From Selaginella moellendorffii (lineage: Eukaryota > Plantae > Lycopodiophyta), in the NCBI RefSeq assembly GCF_000143415.4, contig NW_003314261.1, positions 6,360,822-6,424,821 of the forward strand: a DNA stretch of 64,000 nucleotides, given 5' to 3'. The position numbers and the translations under genes are program-made. The stretch's first letter is position 1. Every line of letters starts with the position of its first letter. Under the pieces are notes generated by a model. The model did no database searches. It was not told where the DNA came from and saw nothing but the letters and a program-made list of their open reading frames with translations. Positions 50,001 through 61,912 of the stretch are shown here, in pieces.

Positions 50001-51408
50001 TGTCTCTTGGAAGAGCTTGTCGACAATGTGTTCAGGTAGCTCCACTTCTCTTTCAGCTTCAGCTACACCTCCAGTAGCACCATTATCAGATCTAGCCCCC
50101 GACTCGGGCCCAACACCACCATCAGGCGCACTTGGGCACTGCTCCGTTTCTGCCATATTTTGTGAATATGTTAAGAGTAGTGGCATTTGTGGTTGTGGCA
50201 GCAATGGTAGTGATGACAATGGTTGCACTGGTGGTGGTGATGATGGTGGCGGTGGTGGTGGTAATGGTGGTGATGATGGTGGTGGTGGTAATGGTGGTGA
50301 TGACGGTGGTGGTAATGGTGGTGATGAAGGTAAAGGTGGCGGTGGCGGTAATGGTGGTGGCGGTGGTGGCGGTGGTAATGGTGGTGGTGGCATCGATGGC
50401 AGTGGTGGGGGTGCATGTGGACTGGAGCTATGTGGTTGGGAAGATGGTAGAGTTGTCGCTGTGGAAATCTCTATCTGAAGGTCAACTTGATTGTCATCCT
50501 GGATCTCATCTTCCTCATGTCTTCTCTTTGATCCAACATCGCTCTCCTTTTGTAGTTGCTTTCGTTTCTGAAAATAAAAAAAACTCATTATAAATTATAA
50601 ATGCATAAGAAGAGGGGAACAGGGCGTGGGCTCAATGCAGGCCTCCCCCAAGCACCTTGGCTGGCCCGCGCCAAGGCAACCCACCCGAGAACCTTGCCTT
50701 GGCGCTTGGAGGCAAGCCGGTTCGCTGGCGAACCGGCCCTCCTCCAAGCGCCAAGGCCGGCTTGCGGGCGGTTGGCCTTGGCGCTTGGTGCGGGCGCCGG
50801 TCTGCCTCCAAGTGCCAAGGCCCGCTCGGGCCAAATGCCCAGGCTGGGCACTTGGTGCGCACCGGCCTTGGCACTTGGAGGCGGGCTGGTTCGCTGGCGT
50901 ACTGGCCCGCCTCCAAGCGCCAAGGCCGGCTCGCGGGCAGTTCGCCTTGGCGCTTGGTGCGGGCGCCGGTCCACCTCCAAGCGCCAAGGCCGGCTCGCGG
51001 GCAGTTCGCCTTGGCGCTTGGACTTAGCTGGCTCGCGCCACATGCCCAGCGTGGGCATTTGCCACAAGGCCAGCCGGGGGCACCTGTGTGGACTTGGCCG
51101 GCCCAGGTGGAGTGCCCAGCCAAATGCCCGGCCTGGGCACTTGGCAGCGGCGGTGCTGGGCAGCAGTGGCCCTAGGTAGCGTGGCGCTGGCGTGGCGTGG
51201 CGTGGCGTGGGCAATGCTGGGCAGCGGCGGCACAGCAGCGGCAGCATGGCAGTGGCGGTGCTGGGCAGCGGCGGCATGGCAGTGGCGATGCTGAGCATGG
51301 CATGGTATGCACGGCGTGGCGGCGCTGGGGCGGGGGCGCTGGGCGCGGCGGCGCTTGGCGTGGAGGAGAGGGAGTGGAGGAGGAGAAAAAACTTACCCTT
51401 GGCGGCAT
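47046..51408 (-). pseudogene. MULE-borne spliced gene: NLS, poly-Pro, ParB/Srx-like domain, acidic linker, beta-class N4/N6 DNA methyltransferase-like domain; disrupted in this copy
   Basis: Exon 1 51408-51397 (MPPR) splices to KRKQ at 50567. FYIIDGNHRW at ~49618-49646; motif-IV-like FMLFDM(P)NGL...W at ~47720; motif I YCPTRGVVIDCTAGSGSMVEAARGSGRSVFAIE at ~47115-47215. Stops at 49421 and 48757, 1-bp frameshift at ~47719. Confidence 0.8.
50640..51150. repeat. GC-rich array of alternating inverted 14-mers GCCTTGGCRCTTGG / CCAAGYGCCAAGGC in intron 1 of the ParB-MTase gene
   Basis: Copies start at 50696, 50744, 50775, 50808, 50865, 50913, 50944, 50977 and 51008, strictly alternating in orientation, plus degenerate variants. 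Confidence 0.92.
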
Positions 51409-52217
51409 TCTGTTCCCGCAGTCACTCCCAATCTCCCACGATACTTTCTGTAAAACCCTAATGCCGGCGGCTGCCCTAACCCTAACCTAACTTTCATCAC
51501 AGCCGTTCATCATGGATGCAGTAAATCTTCACTGTACAATAAATATTAATAAATCTAGCACTGTACAATTTCTATTCCGCCCTAGATTTGATCACGTGAC
51601 AAAGTCCTTTTGAATTGTAATTTAATAATGGAGGTGTGCTCTAATATGACTATGTCATAATGTGAAATAATGTCACAGATGCATGTGTTGAATTGATCAC
51701 AGTACGAAATTGTTAGAAAATATAAGATTATTAAATCGTAAGGTGTTATTTCCAAAGCAATGTATATAGATAATTTACTATAGGTGATAGATGGTAGTAC
51801 AAAGATGGAATATATTTAAATGAGTTCAGAAGAATGTGATGATTTCTAGCTTTAATGAAGTACTGAAAATATGTACAATATTTAATTTATTTGGCAACAA
51901 TTGGTTGATGGTAGATCCTAGAATAAAATCATTCCTATCTTTCATATTATGGCACATGCTTGAGGTGATATTTTTTTCCGTTCTACCAAAAGTTAGTGCA
52001 TATAATAAATTTGAGTATGTTTTTGAATTCAATGTATATAGACTTTTAATATTGTACAACATAGTCCTATATACTTCATACAGAATTTATTATAACAACA
52101 TTATTCGATGTTAGATCCTAGAATAAAATCGCCCTATCTTTTCATATAATGGCATAGCACATGTGAGATGACATTTCGTTATAAAAGTTTAGAGTTTCAA
52201 AACCTAAAGGCAACAAA

Positions 52218-55200
52218 ATGGAGAGCTTCCTTTTGCATTACCAAGATCACCCACCGCTTTCTATCTCCCAGAGTCTTATTTCAGAAAGTTTTCTTTGCCG
52301 ACATTTCGATCTTTCTCTCGGTTCTATTTCATTGGAAGCTGTGATTCGCAACAACATTGGTGTAGTTGAACGATCGGAGTTTCTTCTTTCGGGTGTAGGT
52401 GAAGGTGGACAACATTGGGATTTGCAACATTCCAAGTCGAAAGAGATTCGAGTTTTTGGATCTCCAATCAAAGTGCGAAGCTGTAATCCTGCTAAAGTGA
52501 ATGTGAAGCAAGAGTCGGTCGTCATCATTTCTTCCTCTTCTAGTTCTAGTGGAGATGTTAGTCCAGTGCGAGCCAAGAATTTCCAAACTCCAACTTCACT
52601 GATATTCCAAGCTGTTTGCAATGCTTTCCAATTTTCCCGCCTCTCTATCAATGTTTGTTCCTTTCTACATAGGCCTGTTAGCGAGCTCCCATCTACATAC
52701 AATGGCAATATCTTCTTTGAACTACCACCTCTTGTCAGCTCAAAACAAAAGGGGATGGAGACGAAGCAGGATGTCCACAACTAGTGCAAGATCAAAACCA
52801 CACATTTCCAGCATTTCGAAGGCACAGTGTCCATGGTTCATTGTGGTGGGTATTTGGATTGTGTGAATAAAGCATGCAATCAAGAGCGCGGTAAAAACTC
52901 CATATTTTTTGAAGGATCCGCAACCAATCCTCCCCTCTGTGACACCATTGGTGTTGGATTCAAGTGTCGGTTTTGCAAGAATGCTCCATTGTGTCGTGCC
53001 ATCTGCGGGGCCAAGATGTACTATTTTCTTCCACGGGATGGAGAGGTTGGTAGAGCTGCAGTACATATTGGCACGCACACACATCCAATGCAAGAAGGGA
53101 TACAAAGGAGTTCAGTCAACCATTTCAAAGATGCAGTGTAGATAGAGACTGTGGGAAACTCATCTGCAACTCCGAAGCATGTTCAGAAGACAGTGCTCAA
53201 GGATTTTATCGCAAATACTTTACTTGATCCGGACTACAAGAATACTCAACTGGATGAGGCTAGCTTGCGGGAGTTACTACGACATGTGCAACCTGCAACT
53301 AGCCTCAGGAGGTATGAAAATATTATTACATACTTTTCAATAATATCTCTCTTACATTTTGTTTTATTTAGGATAAAGTCTTGGATGTGTGAATCTCGAG
53401 AGGGGAAACTCCAATAAAAAATTGACTCAATCCTTGAACTAAAACGGACTTGTCCCTATGAGTTTATCCATGGGAGTTTATTTCCAGATCAAGTCGTTAG
53501 TGAGCAAGAGCACCCCTTCGTTTTCAAAATGTCTACCATGGGCCCTGCCTCTGGTGTGGATCTTATTTCCCAAATGGATATGTCTGGGTCGAGTGACCTT
53601 GCTAATGCATGGGTACATTTTGACCATATGGAGCGGGTGGCAGGTTGGACAACCATGGGAGCTCATGTGTATGATCCAAGGTAGTTTTTTTTCTCATTAT
53701 CTTAAAATGATTTTAAACATTGCACTTTTCACAGGCTACGTTGTAACTTGACAATTGCAACGGCAGAGTTTAAAGTACAAGACCAGATGGCTCAAGAAAT
53801 ATTTTGGAAGTCCCTCTCCGACATTGTATTGAAGCGGACTGGTAAGCCTGCCAACTTTCGCGGTTTCATGGCAGATGGGGCTGGGGCTAATTGGAATGGT
53901 GTCCGGGCAGTCTTTGGGAATGGTCAACCATTGGAAGGTCGTGAGAGGACTTGTGAGTTCCATTGGGCTCAGAGCCTAAACCAACACTGCCATCTTATCA
54001 AGCCAGATTTCCAATTAGCATTTAAGGAGTTGTGCAAACAATGGCAGGCTGCACCTTCTGAAGAAGAGCATGAGGCAAAAGCAAACGAGATCCGAATGTG
54101 GTGGCGTGAAGATGGCCATACTGACGTAAGTTGTCTACCACAACTTGAGTCGTGGTTGGGGTGGTGGGAAGTTAGAATGTTCCAATGGGGACATCACTCT
54201 TTTCAGGTTGGTTTTTCTTTTTTTCCTCTCTTTTTATTGCTTTTTAATATCATCTTTTTATAAGGATCAACCACTTGAGGATCTTGCATACACCCCAACT
54301 GTGAATCTTTCAGAGAGTAAACATTGGAGCTGGCGTTCCTCTGAGGCAGGGAAAGGGAAGATGAGTCTATATGAAGCATGTCTATCAGATTTGATACGCG
54401 CTGTAGAGCAGTCTTCAAAAGCCTTGGCATTTGAGGAAGGAAGATACATAGGAACAGGACCTTCGGTTGAGATGTTACACGATCGGATGAAGAAGAAAGT
54501 GACTCCACCAGCACGAACAATGGCAACTGCAGTGGAGGAAGTGGTCCGTGGCACATCTATGGAGTACACTCCTCGGGCTTCTATTGGTGATATGAAGACC
54601 GTCCGCTCAAAGCATCGATTTTCCTTTGCTGGTGAAGATGTTGGCACAGATCTTGGAGCAAAAAGCTCTCACAGGCCTGATGTTGAGTATCATTCTGCTC
54701 CAAGACATCGCCCCAGAACCAAACCACCTCAAGTGGCTGATGAAGAAAGTGCATCACAGCAGGTTGAAATTGCTTATCGTAGTGTGGAGCCGAAGCAATA
54801 GGCAATCCGTCGAGTGCCAGCGAAATCAAATGTAAGGTGTGTGGGGATGCTTCCAAGGGGCAAGTGTTGGGCTTGGATCCGTGGTGATAAGTCTGCTTCT
54901 GTTCCAGCCCCATGTTTCCATGGGGAACGAAAGCAAGCAGGATTTTCAAGATGGTGTTGGTTATATTGCTGCAACTCTGATGTCAACCATACAAAGCGGC
55001 TTGAAGACACTATAGTGACTAAACCTAATGCAGTACCTAAAGAATGGCCGGTTGCTAATGGGGTTGCGCTCACCTCGGATGAGATTGAAAACCTTGAGAA
55101 ATCTGGTTTCAATCTTGAGAGGAGAGTTGGAGATATGAGTGACAGAACCAAGACTATTCCTACAGAGATGCACAGGAGGCCAGCACGAAAAGGTAAGGCA

Positions 55201-55542
55201 GTTAAATTTATTGGTACCGTCTCCAAGCAGAAGCAAGGTAAAATAAACTTGGCTCAAACACTTGAGTGTGAGATTCTCTCCACGAAGTACATCACTGCGC
55301 TCGCAAAGGAGTACACAGTCAAAACAGAAGGTGGAGAGTACACAATTGCCATTCAAGACTTTCCTTCTTGCACATGTCTAGACTTTACGAAGTGCGAGGA
55401 ACATGGGAAGGCATATGCTCCTTGCAAGCATATGTACTACATCTTCATCAACATCTTGCACCAGGATCCTAAAGTGGATATTCATATACACCAAGCAAGC
55501 CTTACTATTGCCGAGTTGCAGAGAACTTTTGGAGCTAATTAG
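52218..55542 (+). pseudogene. MULE transposase (GCM/WRKY-like Zn domain, DDE core, C-terminal SWIM finger), 4 exons, 4 premature stops
   Basis: CGGYLDC.N..C...CRFC...C...HIGTHTHP; VHFDHM, FMADGAGAN, CEFHW, NLSESKH; SWIM PSCTCLDF...PCKHMYY. Stops at 52782, 53139, 53415, 54799; introns ~53312-53370, 53681-53734, 54208-54264. Confidence 0.9.
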
Positions 55543-56125
55543 ATTTTCCAGCACTATCGATGTTTATTCTCTATCAATAATATAAACTACTTATACCTTA
55601 TATAATTAATAAAAATATTTTATTATTTCACTTTTCATTTCATATACTTGTGAGGTTCTTTTCGCAATATTACCCATAGTATTTGTGAGTCTCCATTTTT
55701 GTCTTTACCTTCTCAAAAAATATTTCGAGATAGTCTTTCGGGTGTATGATGTTACAATGTATTGTGAGAGCATATGTACCATCACAGTTGTTTTTTTTTC
55801 CTTTCAAATGGTTATATGGCCTTATATAGAATCTTAAGTCAAATTTAATAATTTTAAAATTCTGACGAACCTGACATTTACTAGCTAGAAAGCACAGTGT
55901 ACAAATTTAAAGAAGTGACAAGAATACTCTTTTTGCAAACATTTTATTTTATATTCTAACAAACGTCTCTATTATTGCATGTAGTAAATATTTAAATTAT
56001 TAGAACAAGAAGTGTCATTTAGAACATTTTTATCTATATAATATATAGAGAGTTATGAAATTATTAAGTTCGCCATAACTTTAAAATTTTAAAGTTTATA
56101 ATGTTTGTACTAAATTACAATTGAA

Positions 56126-56185
56126 AATTGAGCTCAACTCGTGAACTCAACTCTTCAGCTCGTGAGCTCAAGTATGGTCCACGCT
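56126..56185 (-). repeat. Right imperfect terminal inverted repeat of the MULE
   Basis: aattgagctcaactcgtgaactcaactc...ctcgtgagctcaagtatggtccacgct, reverse-complementary to the left end. Confidence 0.85.
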
Positions 56186-57829
56186 CTACTTGAGCATGAG
56201 GATGTTTGTGGTGATCAACAGCCACCCAACACTAAAGATGGAGGCCCAGGAGCTCCAAGAGTATGTGCTTGCTTATGCATCTTTTTCGCAAAAGTTCTCA
56301 CTTCTTTCCATAAGACTGGATTAGTAGTGAAGCACTATAACCAACACTCTAGAGTAGTGGAGCACCAAGTGTGCTATGGTTATCCAACAGCCAAAGTGCC
56401 ATGGGAAATTGAGATTGCTCTCAATTCTCTAGTGAGTGTTTATCATTTGAATTTGTAGGCACAGATCTGAGAGATAAGGTACTAGGGCACAAGCCATGGA
56501 TAGCAGGTGACAAAAAATGTTGCTTGCTAGCCCATAAACTTCCTCAATCAATTAATATAACTAAGATGGCATTTACTTTGTCATATAGTTTTCTTCTTTA
56601 TATACATTATTTGGTTGATAGATAGAGTTGCCCCTCACCAATTGATAAAGGTAATTCTTTGTCTGTACTGATGTATTGATCAGGCAATTATAGCAATTCC
56701 ATATATATTACCTCTCTTTATATATGAGACTTACATTTCAAACATGAGGATGACACTCTAAAGCTTAGTCTTAATACAAAGAAATTAAACACACTTAAAA
56801 ATCTTTTAGCATAGTTTATTAATTTTATGATTTTGAATTTATAGTTTGTATCTAACATATATTAATAAGAAATTTTTATGTAATACTTTCCTTAGTTTTA
56901 CCTAGGTATGGGTAGTAGTATTAGTATTGTTGGTATTTTCCAGATTGGCAACCTCTATTTCTTGGGTAGAAACCTCGACGTCAACAACATTCTATTGGTG
57001 TAGTTATAGTAGAAGGTCTAGATAATGAAATGTTTCTTGGAAACAAAGAGTCATGCAAGTAATAAAGGGTTCTTTTGTGAATAAGTTAATGACCCTTCTA
57101 TTTTTCTTTTGGGAGTATCATCAAGAAGTTCATTCGGCACCAATTCATCTAGTGTTTACTTTCCAAAGTCATTTTTATAAGAAGTCCCCTATTAATTTCT
57201 TCATTTTAGTTGATACAGCTTCAAGTTTATCTTTTATTGCTCGACTTGTTACCACATGTTACCATCTATATTTGAATCCCAATTTTCATTCTTTATAGCA
57301 ATGGTTATATACACAGATGAGGTAAACCTAATTCTGCATGTAGGTGATCTTGAGCTTGAGCTGTAATTATTGTGGGTGATGTCGAGTCAAATTTTTAATC
57401 TCATCCTTGGTATAGATTGGTTGTAGTGCAATCATACCAAGTGTGATTTTGAGGTTTCTTCCCCTTATTTCATACTTCTTTATATTTCTTCCATTTCTCT
57501 CACTTTTGTTTTTCTTTATTTATTTGTTTCTATATTTTCTTCCATCACTTTTATCTCCCCATTACTTCCTTCTAAGTTTCCATCTTGTTCTTCTATTTCT
57601 TTTTTAAATCCCTTTGATAGTTTTCATGTTGCAGTGGTTTACAAATTCATGAAAGAGTACGCCAATCTCTTTGAATTTAACTTGTTGTCCAGGGCTAAAA
57701 TTGCAACACATCATTCTATTCCAACTGGGGATGCTTGTCCAATCAAGGTTTCTAATTATTGTTAGTCACCAAAAGAGATCAAGATTTTATATATAAATAT
57801 CAAGGAGATGTTGGAAAAGGGTGTTCCAC

Positions 57830-58950
57830 TTTGGTTTATTTGACTTTGTTTGGTTCTGCCTCAGTCTTCGCTGAAGGGTCCATGCATTTTACACTACTAG
57901 CATTTGTAGTCTTTTGCTTTTTCTTCCTCTTTTCATGACTTTTTAATTTGCGTACGAGAGTTTATTGGTCTGTGCCAATTGTCTTTCTAGAACATCTAAT
58001 CAAGCCTTGAACGACCAAACCTCATCACCGAACTCCTATTTGGAAGTTTCCTCATTGGAGTCCTCCTCATGTAAGGATTCCTTATCCATAGCTTTTTGTT
58101 CAATCGGAGGCTCCAGCTTTGGAGGAGATTCCATCTCCACTTTGGTTCTTTTACACCCTACCTTTACCATCTCCCAGCAATCCACCTCTATCCTTTGTTA
58201 GAACTAAGGAAAACGCTCAGATACCAAATTGTAAGCCATAAATTTTTCATTTCCAATTTGCCAGTTTACCTCGTTTATCCAACTAACACTGCCTTGGCCT
58301 TATTTAGGTTCCCTCACCAAAGTTCTTGCCTATTATACTAGCTCCGACTTGATCCTATTTGGTTTTAGCAATTCACTACACAATGGAGTGTTAGCCATCT
58401 ATCCACGGATTCCTAAATCTCTCCCAATCCCCCTCCCTAGGTTAGACTAGATATAAAGTTTGGTTACACTCCTCGTACGCACAAGCAACCAAGCACACCA
58501 AGCCTCTAGGTTCTTAACATCCCTGGGTACAATAAAACTTGATCATGGGACCCTCTAAATCCCAAGCCTTGAGTGCAACACTTGCTTCGGGACACCGGGG
58601 GAAAACACCATGGCCTAACGGCCTGGTATGGGTACTTTTACTCCTACACTACTATCTTGAAGGGAAGGCTTAAGCCCCTAGGAAGAGGCAAGGATTAATG
58701 AGCCACAAAGTACTCAAATGGGGCACCATTCTACATGAGTTGGGAGCACTGCAGTCGATTTCCCTTTCGAGAGTGGGAGCTACTTTTGAGCACTTCCTTG
58801 GGTGGCCCCTCCAGCACCACCTAAGTCCATGCTCACTCGCACCCAAGGCCCCTTAGCCCTAGTTTCAACCTCAAATCAGTTTAGAAGCACCAGTAAAGAG
58901 TTCTTTCAAGACTAGTTCCTGGACCTCATTATCCCTACTATACTTTTGGA
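57830..58950 (-). mobile_element. Nested LTR-retrotransposon fragment (LTR end, tRNA-Met PBS, gag 5' remnant)
   Basis: Minus strand reads ...TTACA att TGGTATCTGAGC (58234-58215), an LTR 3' CA followed by a near-canonical Met-i PBS. Outer limits approximate. Confidence 0.6.
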
Positions 58951-59029
58951 ACCCCTTGCAAGCCCCCCCCCCCCTAGGCGACACACACTTTGGGCTTTCA
59001 CCCCTCAACCTATATTAGGATTCAGATAT

Positions 59030-59290
59030 TCATGCTCGGTCTCGAACTCAACCTCAGACTCAATCTTGGACTTGACCTCAGATTTAGTCTCGGACTCGAT
59101 CTCAAACCCGATCTTGGACTCTGTCTCGGACTCGATCTCGGACTTGGTCTCAGACCCAATCTTAGATCTCAGACTCAGTCACGAACTTAGTCTTGAACTT
59201 GGTCTCGGAGTCAACCTCGGACTTGATCCTGGACTCTGTCTCGAACTCGGTCTTAGAGTTGGTCTTGGACTCAATTTTAAACTTAATCCC
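59030..59290. repeat. Degenerate hexamer tandem array (CTCGGA/CTCAGA/CTTGGA)
   Basis: ctcggtctcgaactcaacctcagactcaatcttgga... with 6-bp periodicity over ~260 bp. Confidence 0.85.
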
Positions 59291-61059
59291 ATCTGATGAA
59301 CTTTTTATAATTTTGGTCATGCCTTTGGGGATTTTTTAGCCTACGACACCTTGGGGAGTTGGTTTTTTACACAATATTGCCTTAAGGACAATATTTTTTA
59401 TTTTGTGGGGACAAATGTTAATGATCATTTATGGCTAGTGGTGCTTTCAATCTTTATTCCACACTTTCTCTATGCCTACCATAATTTTCTTATTTTAGAG
59501 AGGTATATAGGACATCGTTATGTGACTAAGAAGCTGTGTAGGTCTTTCTATTAGCCGGAGATGTAATGTGATATTATCTAGTATATGAATAATTATGTTT
59601 GGTCCTAAGTTCGTAATACTCCCCTTATGGACGATTAGAGTCAATTGCAATTTCCCATCCATTTGAGTTAGTGGCATTTTATCTGATGGGGCATTTTCCA
59701 TGGTCGATTATTAGCAATGAATATGTCATTATTGTTTTTGCTCATTTGACTCGCTAAGTGGAAATTGATACTTTTGCTAGTCCATCTACAATTGTTATTA
59801 GATACTTCCTCTTCAATTGTATAGTGTCCCAACATTTATGTTTGAAGCGAATTCTTTCGGATGATAGTCCCACATTTATGGTTAAGGAAATTCATGTTTT
59901 GACGTCTTGATTAGGGATACACCACACTTTCATGAATGCTTATCATTTATACTCAGATGGTTTGGTGGAATGGCTCATTCGGACTTTCAAAGGGATGATC
60001 GTGAAGTATGTAAACTTTTAACATTCAGATTGGGATGGTTATTTGCTGTCTTTTCGGTATACATATGTCATAGGGGTGTAAAGTTCTATTGATGTTTCAT
60101 TATATAAACTCTTATATGGTCATGATCCAATATTATCAATGGAGTTGAGTTTACCTTCGCGATTGCTATGAGTTGTTGATGCTAAATCTTGGGATTAGTA
60201 TTTGACAAACATTCTTCCACTTGTTTGAGTAACATTTGCTAAACACCCAGGCCACATACAAGTGGGACAATAATGGCACTACAACTCCCATCATCGTCCA
60301 TATATAGAGTACAAAATGGATAACTTAGTGTTAGTCAGTTTTCTTAATCTTACGGTATGTGGTTCCTTACTCAATGGAAGGGACTATATAAGGTGTTATG
60401 GTAAATTAGACCACAAGTTTATAAAGTTTGGCATGACGTCTAACAAGTTAATCCTCCAAAAATTGTGCATATGTAGCAGTTGAAATGCTTCGTACAAAGG
60501 GATCAGGAACAACTTGAATCATATAAATCCATTGATTCCTCTTCTTGATGTTCCTCTAAATCCCAGCCATGCACAAAAAAACATTGATTGTTTCCATCAT
60601 TCAGGATGATATGAAGTCTAAATATACAATTAAAATGCTATATATTAATATTAGTGTTGTGGGAGTTTAGTAGCTGTTAGATAGATTAAATAGGAATTTA
60701 GTAGTTGTTGGATTGATTTCAATCTAGACCACTCACTCTTGTATATACACTAAGGTTTTTGGGCTAATTGATATATATAAAATATAAACCATATATTTAA
60801 ATCATTAATATATTCAAAAGTGAAAAAAAAAGTACTATGTAAATATTCTTGTAAAAGATATTATATAGAAAGTACTACTCATTAAAGTATGAATAAAACA
60901 CTATATTCATAAAAAAAATTACTTTTTAAAAAAGCTATTGACAATTAAAACAATATTTGCTAATTGGGCAACATATACCAGGCAATAGCTAGACAGTAGC
61001 AACAGTGCATCAGAGAGATTCCCATTTTTAAGTGATCAGCACGAAAGAGATTTTCAGCT

Positions 61060-61715
61060 GTCCCTATCTAGACGATTGAATCATCATCTGCACTTCGAGC
61101 TGCGAAAAAAACCTGGAGAGAAATGGACAAGAATCACAAAACAAGGCCTCAGAGATCTTGGTGAACAAAGCGTCATCATCTAAGCAATCAAGAGTAGCAA
61201 GTATTAAGATGTCATCACAGGCCGATCGAAAAGTATCACTCGCTGCTGTTGGATTCGAATGGAGCTCGATGAACGTAACAAGTCACAAGGAGCTACGATT
61301 AAATCCTCTGAAAGAGACCTCGCATGAAAAGCCGAGTGAAAACCACAGAGCTCCACAGCGAGAACTCACCAGATCAATCTTCCATACGTGTAACGGCTGA
61401 GAACCATCATAGAAATTTTTTTTTCCTTGGCAGCAGCCTGACTAGTATGCGTAAGAACTACAAAAAGAAAGAGAATTTGCCAAAGCAAATAAAGGCACAC
61501 GCCACAGAGACGAGACCCCAACTTAGCCTGGCCCAAGTTCCTCTCGGCAGAAATTTCCAAGAGCAAAGCGAGTACACATACCAGCGCAGCGCTCGTGACA
61601 AGAGAGAAATCTCGCCGATTAGAATCCTTTGGAGCTGTGAATCGATTATCGGCCTCGTGGGGCACTGAAGATTGGCGCAATCGAATCGGCAGTGATCACA
61701 AGGCCATGGAGCCAT
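61060..61715 (-). other. Possible small spliced gene of unknown product, divergent from the ASCH gene
   Basis: ATG at 61715, several short GT-AG-like intervals with pyrimidine tracts, telo-like motif at ~61800; no recognisable domain. Confidence 0.3.
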
Positions 61716-61912
61716 TCTCGCATTCTAGAATTTGTGCCCGGCAATGAGATCCATGCCGGCCACAACTCAACGAAGAAATGCTTTCCCCAAAACCCCAAGA
61801 ACCCTAGCCGCAACTAGGGCTCATAAGAAAATTTCTTGAAACGAATATACCAAGAGATGCTAAAAGAATATGCTCAGAGGATTCTTCTTTAGACCTAGAT
61901 TTTGGGCGACAA

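Larger units (their letters stand above)
44165..56185 (+). mobile_element. Full-length ~12-kb Mutator-like (MULE) DNA transposon with accessory genes
   Basis: Direct repeat ctacttgag at 44156-44164 and 56186-56194 (TSD); inverted termini sharing gagttgagYtcacgagttgagctcaatt; internal DDE/SWIM transposase. Confidence 0.9.
57050..60500 (+). mobile_element. Decayed Ty3/gypsy pol remnant (protease, RT start, integrase), interrupted by a nested insertion
   Basis: FILVDTASSLSFI (protease); HSIPTGDACPIK...IKEMLEKGV (RT N-terminus); GH...TKK, PFELV, AYH..SDGLVE, LYGHDP, WKGLYKV (integrase); many stops. Confidence 0.75.

Noticed and set aside
49975-50593. Gly-rich, Val/Met-rich and His-rich ORFs
   Set aside because: Alternative frames and antisense of the poly-Pro coding tract.
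50696-51021. CRISPR-like repeat-spacer appearance
   Set aside because: Repeats alternate in orientation, spacers are themselves duplicated or palindromic, there are no cas genes, and the context is eukaryotic.
50588-51490. Many overlapping long ORFs on both strands (130-236 aa)
   Set aside because: By-products of a GC-rich palindromic repeat depleted in stop codons; the region reads as intron 1 of the ParB-MTase gene.
58946-59296. 116-aa SDS/LGL-repeat ORF
   Set aside because: Translation of a hexamer tandem repeat within retrotransposon debris.
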